A DNA stretch of 64,000 nt from Bacteroidales bacterium UBA1219 (GCA_002309295.1 DBXF01000013.1:11143-75142); one strand, 5' to 3'. Positions 16,942 through 26,591 are shown, numbered from the stretch's first letter. Made by a program: numbers and translations. Notes: generated from the sequence alone by a model not told the origin.

Positions 16942-18444
16942 CTAAATATTATCATAAATCTCCTGAATTATCTTGTTTATACCCAGAAATTCGGCGCATG
17001 TTATTATTCCTCCGATGGTTACGCCGAGTATGCCGTGCGAGTTGATGTTCTGTCCGGTCATAAAGAGGTTGGGGATTTTGGTGCGTTGCGACACGTAGGT
17101 CTGGCTGGGGAAGTTTTTGTCGCGGATTATGCCGTACATCGAGCCTTCGTGGGTGGCGGTGTAGTCCTGATAGGTGAGCGGTGACGAGGTGTAGTACGAC
17201 TCTATGCAGCTGCGTATGCCGGGAAACGATTTTTCGAGGCTGGCAAGCAACAGCTCGGCCTTCTGCTCCTTGAAATCGAGGTAGTCCTGTCCGCGGTGGC
17301 CCACACGGGTGCCTTCCCAACGTCGCACCTCGTCGAAATGCATGTAGCCGATAAGCTCGGCGCTCTGGGCATAGACGGGGTCTTTTTGGTGGCACTGGTG
17401 CATAAAGAGGTAGCTCTGCGGCCAGCGGGCTATGTCGTAGTCGTTGGATTTCCACACGTCGGGCAGCTCGTAGAAATAGTAGTTGTAGTTGAGGTACGGA
17501 GTGGCGTTTTCCTTGAACTTGATATAAACGGTGAAGTTGGAGATGGTGTTTTCGAGGTTCGACACACGTTCGCGGTAGGCCTTGCGGATGATGTGCGAGT
17601 CTATCTTGCTGAGGGTGGCGTGCGGGTGGACGTTGGAGACGAAATAGTCGGCTTCCACCACCTCGCCAGTAGTGAGGCGCACACCGGTGGCGTGGTAATC
17701 GTCGCAGAGGAATTTCTCCACCTCGGCGTTGGTACGCACCTTGCCACCGAATTTCTCAATGGATTTTGCCAAGGAATGGGCTATGGTGTCGCTGCCGCCG
17801 ATAATACGGAACGCACTCTGTATGTAGAAGTTATGAATCAGCGCATGGACGTAGGTGGGAGTCTTGTCCTTGACTCCGGCGTAGAGCGGCAGATTGCCCG
17901 CCAGAACGTTCTGCAGCTTTAGATTTGACGTGGATGAGGCTATGAAGTCGTTGATGCTGGTTTTGATGTAGTCGGCTTCGATAAATATGTTGTTGTTTAT
18001 CTTGCGGAGGTTGTAGAGCGGCGAAGCATCGGCAATTTCGCGCACACGCGAGAGGTAGGTCTCTATGTCGGAACGGTTGTCGGGGAACTGCTGTGAGAGG
18101 GTGTCGGCGAAACGCTCGTAGCCGTTGGCGAACTTAAATGTCTCGCCGGCAAGGGAGATGACGTCGTAGCCCTCGGTGTCGAGTTGCTGCAGTGGCACTG
18201 TGTCGAGCAGTCCGAGGTAGTTCCAGAAACGGTGCAGTATCTGGTTTTCGAGCATGCTGCCAATGTAGTGCATGCCTGTGTCGAATTTCACGCCGCCACG
18301 GCGGAAAGTCTGCAGGCACCCTCCTATCTGGGCGTTTTTTTCGAGGATGGTTACATCGTATCCGTTCTTGGAAAGCACGTAACCGCACACCAGTCCTCCG
18401 AGGCCGCTGCCCACTATCACTACTCTGTTCTTATTCATCGGCAT
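16942..18444 (-). CDS. FAD/NAD(P)-dependent oxidoreductase, phytoene-desaturase-like
   Basis: N-terminal dinucleotide fold VVIVGSGLGGLVCGYVL...EKN..IGG. 500 aa, and overlaps the upstream gene by 14 nt. Confidence 0.75.
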   Translation of the reverse strand: MPMNKNRVVIVGSGLGGLVCGYVLSKNGYDVTILEKNAQIGGCLQTFRRGGVKFDTGMHYIGSMLENQILHRFWNYLGLLDTVPLQQLDTEGYDVISLAGETFKFANGYERFADTLSQQFPDNRSDIETYLSRVREIADASPLYNLRKINNNIFIEADYIKTSINDFIASSTSNLKLQNVLAGNLPLYAGVKDKTPTYVHALIHNFYIQSAFRIIGGSDTIAHSLAKSIEKFGGKVRTNAEVEKFLCDDYHATGVRLTTGEVVEADYFVSNVHPHATLSKIDSHIIRKAYRERVSNLENTISNFTVYIKFKENATPYLNYNYYFYELPDVWKSNDYDIARWPQSYLFMHQCHQKDPVYAQSAELIGYMHFDEVRRWEGTRVGHRGQDYLDFKEQKAELLLASLEKSFPGIRSCIESYYTSSPLTYQDYTATHEGSMYGIIRDKNFPSQTYVSQRTKIPNLFMTGQNINSHGILGVTIGGIITCAEFLGINKIIQEIYDNI

Positions 18445-21400
18445 TGGGGTGTTCGTATTTCAAATTTTCCGGCACGCTGACGCAGTTGGCGGCTATGTCC
18501 ACCAAATCGGCGTCGCTGTCGGTGGCCGTGATTTGCAGTTTTTTCTTCACCAAGGCGGCAAGCAGTGCAAACTCGCCCTGTCCGCAGTTGTCGATACGGA
18601 ATTCGCCGTTGTCGGGCAGTGCGGCGATGGCCTCGCGGTAGTTGCCGTTGCGACGCAGGTTCTGGCGTGCACGGCGTTCTATGTCGCGACCTTTATAAAT
18701 ATAGTTGTGCAGCACGAGGTCTGCGTAGTAGTCGGCGGTCTCGGTATCGCGGCACAGCTGTCCGTATTGCTCCACATAGTATTGCCGCATGGCTTTGGCA
18801 ACGGTGTTGGCGTCGCCTTCCATAAGCGGATTTTCGTTGGTAATACGTGGCAAAATCTGCACATCCACTCGTCCTTTGCGCAGCATAAACTCCTGTTTCG
18901 GGAAAACATGTCCGATGCCGTGGGTGACGAGCGGCAGCACGTCCACACCAAGTTTTTTGGCCAAATGGAATGCCCCTTTGTGGAAACGCAGTATGTCGCA
19001 AGTCTCGGAACGGGTGCCTTCGGGGAAGATAAGCACCGAATAGCCATTGCGCAGAGCCTTTTCAACCTGTTTCTCGTTCTCCTCAAGTCCGTTGGCCACG
19101 GGATAGAAATCGGCGTAACGTATTATCCAGCCGTAGAACGGGCTGTTCCACACCCATTTGTTTGTCAGACAGATGATTTTGGGGTTGAGGGCAAGCGTAT
19201 AAAGCAGGTCGAGGTGCGACTGGTGGTTGCAGGTGATGATGGCGGGCTTTTCGAAAGTCTCGCCGGCGGTGTTGTGCACATGCGCCTTAACTCCCGGCAT
19301 CCAACGCACGCAGGTGCGCAGAAGCCCACATAAACATTTGTGGTAAAACAACTTATGCTTTGGCGTTTTGCCTCCGATGGTAAGCACGAAAAATCCCAAA
19401 ATAGAGAGGAATATCGAGAAAACGAAGAAAACCGTAAAGGCGTAGATGGTTTTCAGAAGGTTGAGCAGGGTTATCGGCATCAGGCGGTCGTGGCCGCGTT
19501 TTTTGGTGAGCCAGCGGTAGATGAGCGGCGGGAAAATGTAGGCCATCAGCACCACGCAGAACATACCGATTATCGTTACTTCGGCCAGCGAGTGCATGGC
19601 AGGGTGTTTGGCAATAATCAGCGAGCCGATGCCGATAAACATAATGGTGGCCGACAGCAGCACCGAGTTTTTGTACGAGGCAAGCATCTTGCGGCGGTAG
19701 GTGTATTCGTACATCATCCCTTCGGTGACGAAAATGGTGTAGTCGTCGCCCTGCCCGAAAATAAAGGTGGCAAGTATGATGTTGATTATGTTGAACCGTA
19801 TGTCGAAGATGTTCATTATGCCCAAAATCCAAATCCAGCCCACCGCCAGCGGCAGAAACGACAACAGGCTGAGTTCCAGCCGTCCGAACGAGATGGTGAG
19901 GAACAGGAAAACGATGAACCCGCAGATGTAAAGCACGTAGTCGAAATCGTCGGAGAGGGCGTCGACCATCTTGTCCACAATGCTGGTGTTGTCCATGGTA
20001 AAGACGGCATCGTCCACATTGCCAAGACGTTGCGACACAGCCTCGCGATGGTTGCTCTCCATCAGGGTGTAAACCATGCAGCGGTCGGGGTTGCTGCAGA
20101 GGTAATTACTTGCAAACGAGTTGATTATCGGTTCAAAATAGGTATATTCGTGTGTTTCGTGGCTTTTGCCGATGATGTCGAAGAAAGGTTGCAAGGCTCC
20201 TTTGCTGTAGCCGAGTTTCGCGGCCTCGGCCTCGACGTTGCGCACAAGGTCGTCGCGGCGGGTGCTCCAGAAAGCCTCCCACTGCTCCACACGTTGTTTC
20301 TGCATCTGTTGCGAAGGCACAAAACCGCCAATCCCCGACACCTTGACCACGGTGCTGTCGGCGGCCATACTTTCGATGACGGGCATCGCCGCCTCGTAGC
20401 CGCGCAGAGCCTCCTCCATATCCTTGCCCTCGGCCACACAGTACACCGACGGCACGCCGCTCTCGGTCTGGGCTATCAACTTGTCGAGCTTCACCCGCTG
20501 GTCGGGAGTCATGTAGTTGATTTTACTCATGTCCGACTCGAAAGCCGTCTGTCGGCTGAAATAATACAACGGTATGGTTATCAGCACTATGGCAAGGACG
20601 AATATCTTGTTCTGTTCGAAACGGCGGTCGGCCACCTTGCCGAAGACAAGTCTTGTGGCTGAGCGGTCCTGCTTGTGGAACAGCGTTTTACGGAACAGAT
20701 GCGGCAAAAAGACCAGTACAAAGAGTATCGTCCCGACAAGGAGCAGAGCGGCGAAGAGCCCTAGGTCTTTCATGGCGTCGGAACTGATGAATACAAGGCT
20801 CAGGAAGGCACCCACGGTGGTGAGGTTGCCCGTAACGAGTGGCTCAATTATGTCCTTGATAGTCTGTTCCTTGCTGTATCCCTGCTGGTAATGGGCAAGG
20901 AAATGCAAGGGGTAATTCACTGCAATTCCGACAATTATGGACCCCACCCCTATCGCTATCACCGACACGGTGCCTTTGAACAGGGCGAGGAACGCCAGTC
21001 CGAACAATGCGCCGAAAGTAATGGAGAACACAATGATTATCAACGCTCTGGCATCGCGGAAGAAGTACATCAGCAGGGCAAGGATGAGCACCAGCGCAAG
21101 GATGGTGGAGATGATGCTGTCGGTTTTGATACGGTCGGCGTTCTCCACCGAAATCACGGCGGCACCGATATAATCCACTTTCACCGTGCCTCCGAACTCA
21201 TTTTCAACCTCGTGGGCAATCTTATCTATCTGTTGCACAAGCTTTTTGTTGCCCGAAGTCTCGCTCACGGGGTATTTGGAGGTGACAGCCATTATCGCCT
21301 CGGTGCCCTCCTTGTTGAAAACGTATCCGTCGATGATTTCGTAACTGTCGCCCATGGGGTTTCCGCCCCCAAGTTGCGGAAGCTTAGGCGATACGAAGCC

Positions 21401-21931
21401 CAGCGGGTCGTTCACGATTATCTTTTTGGCCACACCGCCGGCGGGCGAGAGAAGCACCTGCTTGTCGGCGGCAAGTGCCTGTGCTATCTTCTGCGGAGCG
21501 AGAAGGCTGTCGATACGGGCATAGTCGGCGCTGTCGAGGTAGTACGGCATATTGGCCTGCACGAATTTCGTCAGTTCGAAAACCTTTTCCTCGTTCACCT
21601 GATAGAAAATGTCGGTGGTATGCTCCGCCACGTCGGGACTTTCGAGACGTGCGGCCATGCGGTCCACGGCGTCCATGATTTTCTCCTGGTCGGGTTCGCC
21701 CTGCGTGGCATACACGTTTATCATTATCTTATTGGCCGCCCCAATGTTCTGATAGGCATAATTTTGGCGGTTGTCGTGTCCCTCCTGCGGCAAAAAACGG
21801 CTGATGTCCTCAACGAAATCGAGTCGCAGCAGACACAGGGCCATCAAAGCGAGCAATACCGTCAGCACAACGACCATCAAGGGATGACGTTTGTCGAAAA
21901 AGGCATATAGGCGGAGCAGTATATTTCTCAC
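18431..21931 (-). CDS. Fusion protein: MMPL/RND-like exporter + lysophospholipid acyltransferase + truncated class I methyltransferase-like tail
   Basis: About 800 aa of multi-TM exporter, then LPLAT motifs NHQSHLD and FPEGTR. The last ~67 aa resemble SAM-MT motifs I-II (IDNCGQGEF...ITATDSD) and then the protein stops. Confidence 0.7.
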   Translation of the reverse strand: MRNILLRLYAFFDKRHPLMVVVLTVLLALMALCLLRLDFVEDISRFLPQEGHDNRQNYAYQNIGAANKIMINVYATQGEPDQEKIMDAVDRMAARLESPDVAEHTTDIFYQVNEEKVFELTKFVQANMPYYLDSADYARIDSLLAPQKIAQALAADKQVLLSPAGGVAKKIIVNDPLGFVSPKLPQLGGGNPMGDSYEIIDGYVFNKEGTEAIMAVTSKYPVSETSGNKKLVQQIDKIAHEVENEFGGTVKVDYIGAAVISVENADRIKTDSIISTILALVLILALLMYFFRDARALIIIVFSITFGALFGLAFLALFKGTVSVIAIGVGSIIVGIAVNYPLHFLAHYQQGYSKEQTIKDIIEPLVTGNLTTVGAFLSLVFISSDAMKDLGLFAALLLVGTILFVLVFLPHLFRKTLFHKQDRSATRLVFGKVADRRFEQNKIFVLAIVLITIPLYYFSRQTAFESDMSKINYMTPDQRVKLDKLIAQTESGVPSVYCVAEGKDMEEALRGYEAAMPVIESMAADSTVVKVSGIGGFVPSQQMQKQRVEQWEAFWSTRRDDLVRNVEAEAAKLGYSKGALQPFFDIIGKSHETHEYTYFEPIINSFASNYLCSNPDRCMVYTLMESNHREAVSQRLGNVDDAVFTMDNTSIVDKMVDALSDDFDYVLYICGFIVFLFLTISFGRLELSLLSFLPLAVGWIWILGIMNIFDIRFNIINIILATFIFGQGDDYTIFVTEGMMYEYTYRRKMLASYKNSVLLSATIMFIGIGSLIIAKHPAMHSLAEVTIIGMFCVVLMAYIFPPLIYRWLTKKRGHDRLMPITLLNLLKTIYAFTVFFVFSIFLSILGFFVLTIGGKTPKHKLFYHKCLCGLLRTCVRWMPGVKAHVHNTAGETFEKPAIITCNHQSHLDLLYTLALNPKIICLTNKWVWNSPFYGWIIRYADFYPVANGLEENEKQVEKALRNGYSVLIFPEGTRSETCDILRFHKGAFHLAKKLGVDVLPLVTHGIGHVFPKQEFMLRKGRVDVQILPRITNENPLMEGDANTVAKAMRQYYVEQYGQLCRDTETADYYADLVLHNYIYKGRDIERRARQNLRRNGNYREAIAALPDNGEFRIDNCGQGEFALLAALVKKKLQITATDSDADLVDIAANCVSVPENLKYEHPNADE

Positions 21932-22665
21932 TTTTTCAGCAATTTAATCAGTTTTCGGATTCCCATCGACGGATAGCCGTAAACCACGGCCAGCAGGCAG
22001 AGCACTGTGTTTAGCACGCTGATACGTGCAAAGTCGGCGGTGGGCCGGAAATGGCTCACGCGCTCCTCCTGCGGGGGGTAGTAAACGTTTATGGGACAGG
22101 ACTTTATCTTCACATCGCGCCAAGCGCAACGCACAAGTATCTCAAGTTCAGCCTCGTAGCGGTTGTTCAGCGGGTTGTGTCGACCGATCTTTTTCAGAGG
22201 ATACACACGAAAACCCGTCTGTGTGTCGGGCAGACGGCGGATGGTCTGCACCGTGAACCAGAAATTGGAGAAACGGTTGGCAAAGCCGTTTTTCGAAGGC
22301 ATATTGGGGTTGTCGAACTTGCGGCTGCCCACCACAAGGCTCCCTTCGTCGGCCGAATAGCAGTCGAGCAACGTGGGTATGTCCGAAGCTCGGTGCTGAC
22401 CGTCGGAGTCGAGGGTTACGGCGGTGTCGAAACCCTTTTGCAGAGCGGCTTTGAAGCCTTGACGCAGGGCATAGCCTTTGCCGCGGTTCTTGGGGTAGGA
22501 AACAACTGTGACGCTATCGCCCAAAGTACGGAGAATGCCCTCGGTGCCGTCGGTGGAGCCGTCGTTTACAACAATGATGTCGGACACGAAACTGCGCACA
22601 TCGTCAACGACGGCGGGCAATGTGGCCGCGTTGTTGTATGTGGGGATGATGGCACAGACTTTCAT
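21928..22665 (-). CDS. Family 2 glycosyltransferase
   Basis: AIIPTYNNA...VVNDGSTDGT...NRGKG signature. Has a 4-nt overlap with the downstream gene. Confidence 0.85.
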   Translation of the reverse strand: MKVCAIIPTYNNAATLPAVVDDVRSFVSDIIVVNDGSTDGTEGILRTLGDSVTVVSYPKNRGKGYALRQGFKAALQKGFDTAVTLDSDGQHRASDIPTLLDCYSADEGSLVVGSRKFDNPNMPSKNGFANRFSNFWFTVQTIRRLPDTQTGFRVYPLKKIGRHNPLNNRYEAELEILVRCAWRDVKIKSCPINVYYPPQEERVSHFRPTADFARISVLNTVLCLLAVVYGYPSMGIRKLIKLLKK

Positions 22666-22677
22666 TGTGGCGGGTTG

Positions 22678-23049
22678 TCAGTGTTTCTCGCAAAGCAGGC
22701 TCGCTTTAACGACAATCGTTTCGGGGTCGGAAATGGTGGTCTTGGCGGAAAACAGGGTTTCGCTTTGCGCAACAAGCTGTATGTCAAAGGTAAACACCTT
22801 GCCTTCGGCCGGAGTCATAAGGTTCAGGAATTTCATGTTTTTCACCGTCGGAATGCGGATTTCGCCGCCTACGACCTCGGTAACCAACTGACGGATAATC
22901 TCCAAGGTGCAGACGCCCGGAACGATGGGGTTGTCGGGGAAATGCGCCTGGAAAATGACGTGGTCCATGCGGAACACTATTTCGCGACGAATGTGCAGCG
23001 AGTCAGTATCGTGGGTGCCGACAATGGTGTAAAAACTCCCGTCTATCAT
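22678..23049 (-). CDS. FabZ/FabA-type hotdog 3-hydroxyacyl-ACP dehydratase
   Basis: 123 aa with the catalytic-His motif HFPDNPIVPGV. Confidence 0.75.
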   Translation of the reverse strand: MIDGSFYTIVGTHDTDSLHIRREIVFRMDHVIFQAHFPDNPIVPGVCTLEIIRQLVTEVVGGEIRIPTVKNMKFLNLMTPAEGKVFTFDIQLVAQSETLFSAKTTISDPETIVVKASLLCEKH

Positions 23050-23054
23050 AGCAG

Positions 23055-23690
23055 CTATTTAAGGTTAAACATTTTATCGTCAATAGAGGCATTCACTTTG
23101 TGGTTGCTGAAAGTGATGGTGGTGCTGTCGCCCTCCTTCTCGTTCATAAACATTTTCACGGCCACCATCTTTTGTTTGTCCAAAGTCAGTTCCAGATGGT
23201 TGAAAAAGACTTTCAAACGGCGGTTGGCGGGAGTCAGCTTGATCCAATAGGCGTTGGCGCCGACATAGAACTCACTCTTGAAATTCTTGCCGTCGTCGAG
23301 CTCCTTGCCGCTCACCACACCGGTTATCAGCGCAGCCATCTGACGGTACATGCGTCCGTCTTTGCCCTGCTCTTTGCCATCAGCGTCGGTGACTTTAACT
23401 TTGGCACCTTCCATAACTACCACCGACACAGTGGGTTTAGTGTATTCCCATCGCAACGATGACGGTTTTCTGAAATACATAACACCCTCACTGACAGATA
23501 CTTCGTTAAAGAGTGCCGATTTTTTCTCCTGTCGGAAATCGCATTGCATCGTCTGGAAATTGTCGTTCATCGCCGAAAGCAAGGCTTTTTTTTCGGCATC
23601 GGAAACGGCTTTGAAACCAGCAGGTTGGGCCATGGAGCACAGCGTTGCGGCAAGCATGACCATAAGGGAAAAAAGCCTTGTCTTTTTCAT
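23055..23690 (-). CDS. LolA-like outer-membrane lipoprotein carrier family protein
   Basis: Signal peptide plus a LolA-like pattern (F.Q.K......S.G......P..LRWEY..P). Confidence 0.7.
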   Translation of the reverse strand: MKKTRLFSLMVMLAATLCSMAQPAGFKAVSDAEKKALLSAMNDNFQTMQCDFRQEKKSALFNEVSVSEGVMYFRKPSSLRWEYTKPTVSVVVMEGAKVKVTDADGKEQGKDGRMYRQMAALITGVVSGKELDDGKNFKSEFYVGANAYWIKLTPANRRLKVFFNHLELTLDKQKMVAVKMFMNEKEGDSTTITFSNHKVNASIDDKMFNLK

Positions 23691-23696
23691 AACACT

Positions 23697-24044
23697 TTAT
23701 TTTAAAACAATGAAATACATGCCGGCAATGATAAGAGCCACACCAAGCCATCGTATCAAGGGGATACTTTCGCCGAAAACTGCAGAAGCCAGAATCATGC
23801 TGAAAATAAAGCTGGCACCTGACAGGGGGTGTATCACCGAAAGGTCATGATTTTTAAGTAGATACATCCATAACACAGTAGCTGCAAACATTGCGCCGCC
23901 AGCTGCCAAAAGCCACCAGTTGGTGAACACACGCCACGACCATTCAAAACGGTCCGAAAGAGTGGCCTTTTTCATAAACACCTGCCCGAGCGCAAGACAC
24001 AACGACTGCAGTAGGCTCCATAATATCAATATAACTTTAGACAT
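23697..24044 (-). CDS. Small (115 aa) EamA/SMR-like membrane protein
   Basis: Four hydrophobic helices in an EamA half-domain-like arrangement. Overlaps the upstream KS gene by 8 nt. Confidence 0.5.
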   Translation of the reverse strand: MSKVILILWSLLQSLCLALGQVFMKKATLSDRFEWSWRVFTNWWLLAAGGAMFAATVLWMYLLKNHDLSVIHPLSGASFIFSMILASAVFGESIPLIRWLGVALIIAGMYFIVLK

Positions 24045-26286
24045 TTGAAAGTAGTGCTAATGAATACTCTAAATCTTTGAAATGATTAACCACGAGTATG
24101 TTACGCGGTTTGTCGATATTTTTATCACTATTATTCGTTAAAAACGAAGGAATTTTGCCGTTTTTCAGACAAACGGCCGCAGCGTAGATTCCCATGGCCG
24201 GCATGGTGAACCCTTCGCCGAAAAGATGTTTGTAACGTAGCACCGCAGCCTGTGGCAACATACGGCAGAAATCATCGTAATGACGGTTGTTATCGGCATT
24301 TTCGTCCTTGCCCGTCATCACCGCTGCGATGTCGGAACGTTGCAGTCCGTGCCTTTGCAGCATTGCGTCGAGGGTGCACTGCAACTCCTCTTCGCTGGGA
24401 CGGAAAAACAGCTGTGTGTCAAGCAGTTCGCACCAGGCAGCTTCCGTCTGGCGGTTTTCCAGAAACATCGTCAAAGCCGTTTCGCCGGCGAAGGTGCCGT
24501 CCCAGAAGTCGACCTTGTCCAGAAGGTCGTAGTAGTCGGGCGTCATCTCGTCGTGACCGCCCACCAGAGCAGTTTTAATCTTGCCCAGCTTGAACTGCAG
24601 GAAAGCGTCCTGCAAGGCACTTTCGAACGACACCCCGCGTTGCGAGTAGGTGCAGTTGTAGCCGTGGCAGTGCAGGTTAAGCGCCACCTGCGAACTGATG
24701 GTGTTGTGGGTGGACTGCATGAAATAGGTCGGCGTGAGCAGCTGCTCGCCGTCCACTACCATGGCGCGGAGGAATTTCTCGGTGTTTTCGATACATCCCA
24801 AGCCCGTACCGGTGATGATGGCGTCGATGGCCGAGCCGTCGGCGGTAGGCAGCGCCGAGAGTGCCGTAGTGAGAGCGCGTTTCAGCACCGCTCCCATGCG
24901 GCGGGCCGCTTTCGGGTCGATAAACTGCTTATAATCAGGCGACAGAGCCCTGACATATTTCTCGTTGTAGAAAATCGGATTTTCAAACCATTCCTCGCCA
25001 AGAGGCTGTTGCACACTTATTTGCGAAGCTCCACCGATGAACACCCTGCGTTTTTCGTCGTAAACGCTTGACGTATGTGTCTGTTTTTCAGGCTGGTATT
25101 TGCCAAAAATCAGCGACGAGTCGTTGCCACCGAAACCGAAGGAGTTGGTCATCACATGGGTGAGCGAAACGCCAGTTTTCAGGAATTTCTGCGGCACCAC
25201 AGGCACGTCAGCCATAGGCGTCTCGAAACCGAGGCTCGGCGGGATGAAGCCGTGTTGCATGGCAAGTATGGAAATCACCGCCTCCACGCTGCCCGCGGCA
25301 CTTGTGCAGTGTCCCGTAAAGGCTTTGGTGGAGGAGATTGGCGGGTAGTCGTTGCCGAACACCCGCAGTATGGCGTTGCCCTCGCTGGAGTCGTTGTTTT
25401 GCGTGCCAGTGCCGTGCGCGTTGATGTAGTCGATGTCAGATGGTTGCAGACCGCTGTCGGCAAGAGCCTGTGTCATAGCCAGATACGCCCCTTCTCCTTC
25501 CGGCGAGGTGGCCGTCTGGTGGAAAGCGTCGCAGCTGTTGGCGTAGCCTTCGAGGGTGCAGAGAATCTCCGCCCCGCGGGCCTTGGCCTCGCTCTCGCGT
25601 TCTATCACGAGGAAAGCGGCGCCTTCGCCGAGGTTAAGGCCGTTGCGACCATCGTCGAAGGGACGGCAGCGCTCGCGGTCGAGAATCATCAGGGTGTTGA
25701 AACCGTTGAGGTGGAACTTGCTCAGACACTCGGTGCCGCCCACCACGGCTTTGTCGGCCCTGCCGCTCTTGATGAGGTTGGCACCGAGGATGATGGCGTT
25801 GGAGGCCGAGGAACAGGCGGTGGAGATGGTGGTGGTCTGCGAGAAACGGCCGAAGAAATCGGCAGCGAAAGCAGTCCCTGCACCGCAGTCGTGGGCCGCG
25901 ATGTAGGCCACATCTTTGTCGTCGAAGAAACTGAGGTACAGCTGTTCGCTTTTCTCCATGCCGCCCACGGTGGTGCCGTTGATCAGCGCCACACGGCCGC
26001 TGTCGGGCTGCAGGTGCGACTGCTGCAAGGCCTCGCGCATGGCCATAAGAGAGAGGAGAGGCGTGCGGGTGGTTACCACGTCGGCAGGGATGTCCATACG
26101 CTGGCGCATCTCGGCTTCGGTCATCGGCACCTCGCACACGGGAATGTCGGTATGAGCGGTGCTGAGGTACCTTACGGCACCCACACCGGAACGGCAGTGC
26201 AACAGCGCGTCGAGCGTGGACTCAACGCCCACACCGATGCCCGTAACGATACCCATCCCCGTTACTACAATCGCGTCTCCCATCAA
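24037..26286 (-). CDS. Fused beta-ketoacyl synthase + chain-length-factor-like (KS-CLF) protein
   Basis: The first half has the complete Cys-His-His triad (TISTACSSASNAI, DAFHQTA, INAHGTGT). The second half is thiolase-fold-like but lacks the active-site Cys. Confidence 0.8.
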   Translation of the reverse strand: MMGDAIVVTGMGIVTGIGVGVESTLDALLHCRSGVGAVRYLSTAHTDIPVCEVPMTEAEMRQRMDIPADVVTTRTPLLSLMAMREALQQSHLQPDSGRVALINGTTVGGMEKSEQLYLSFFDDKDVAYIAAHDCGAGTAFAADFFGRFSQTTTISTACSSASNAIILGANLIKSGRADKAVVGGTECLSKFHLNGFNTLMILDRERCRPFDDGRNGLNLGEGAAFLVIERESEAKARGAEILCTLEGYANSCDAFHQTATSPEGEGAYLAMTQALADSGLQPSDIDYINAHGTGTQNNDSSEGNAILRVFGNDYPPISSTKAFTGHCTSAAGSVEAVISILAMQHGFIPPSLGFETPMADVPVVPQKFLKTGVSLTHVMTNSFGFGGNDSSLIFGKYQPEKQTHTSSVYDEKRRVFIGGASQISVQQPLGEEWFENPIFYNEKYVRALSPDYKQFIDPKAARRMGAVLKRALTTALSALPTADGSAIDAIITGTGLGCIENTEKFLRAMVVDGEQLLTPTYFMQSTHNTISSQVALNLHCHGYNCTYSQRGVSFESALQDAFLQFKLGKIKTALVGGHDEMTPDYYDLLDKVDFWDGTFAGETALTMFLENRQTEAAWCELLDTQLFFRPSEEELQCTLDAMLQRHGLQRSDIAAVMTGKDENADNNRHYDDFCRMLPQAAVLRYKHLFGEGFTMPAMGIYAAAVCLKNGKIPSFLTNNSDKNIDKPRNILVVNHFKDLEYSLALLSNV

Positions 26287-26296
26287 AAGAAAAGGC

Positions 26297-26554
26297 TTAT
26301 TTTGTACGGTGAGCCTGGATGTATTCGGCCATCACTCTTACCGACTTGAATACGTCCTTGCCTTCGGCGGCTGAGTTCAGCTTGATGCCGTAGTTCTTCT
26401 CCATCAGCACTATGAGTTCCAGCGCGTCGATGGAGTCGAGACCCAGACCTTCGCCAAAAAGAGGAGCGTTTTCGTCGATGTCCTCAGGTTTCATGTCTTC
26501 GAGGTTGAGCACCTCAATTATCTGTTTCTTAAGCTCTAATATCAGTTCTTCCAT
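26297..26554 (-). CDS. Acyl carrier protein
   Basis: 85 aa with the phosphopantetheine attachment motif LGLDSIDALEL. Confidence 0.9.
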   Translation of the reverse strand: MEELILELKKQIIEVLNLEDMKPEDIDENAPLFGEGLGLDSIDALELIVLMEKNYGIKLNSAAEGKDVFKSVRVMAEYIQAHRTK

Positions 26555-26591
26555 TGTGTTTTTATTATCTTTTTTTCAAAAATTAAAAGTG

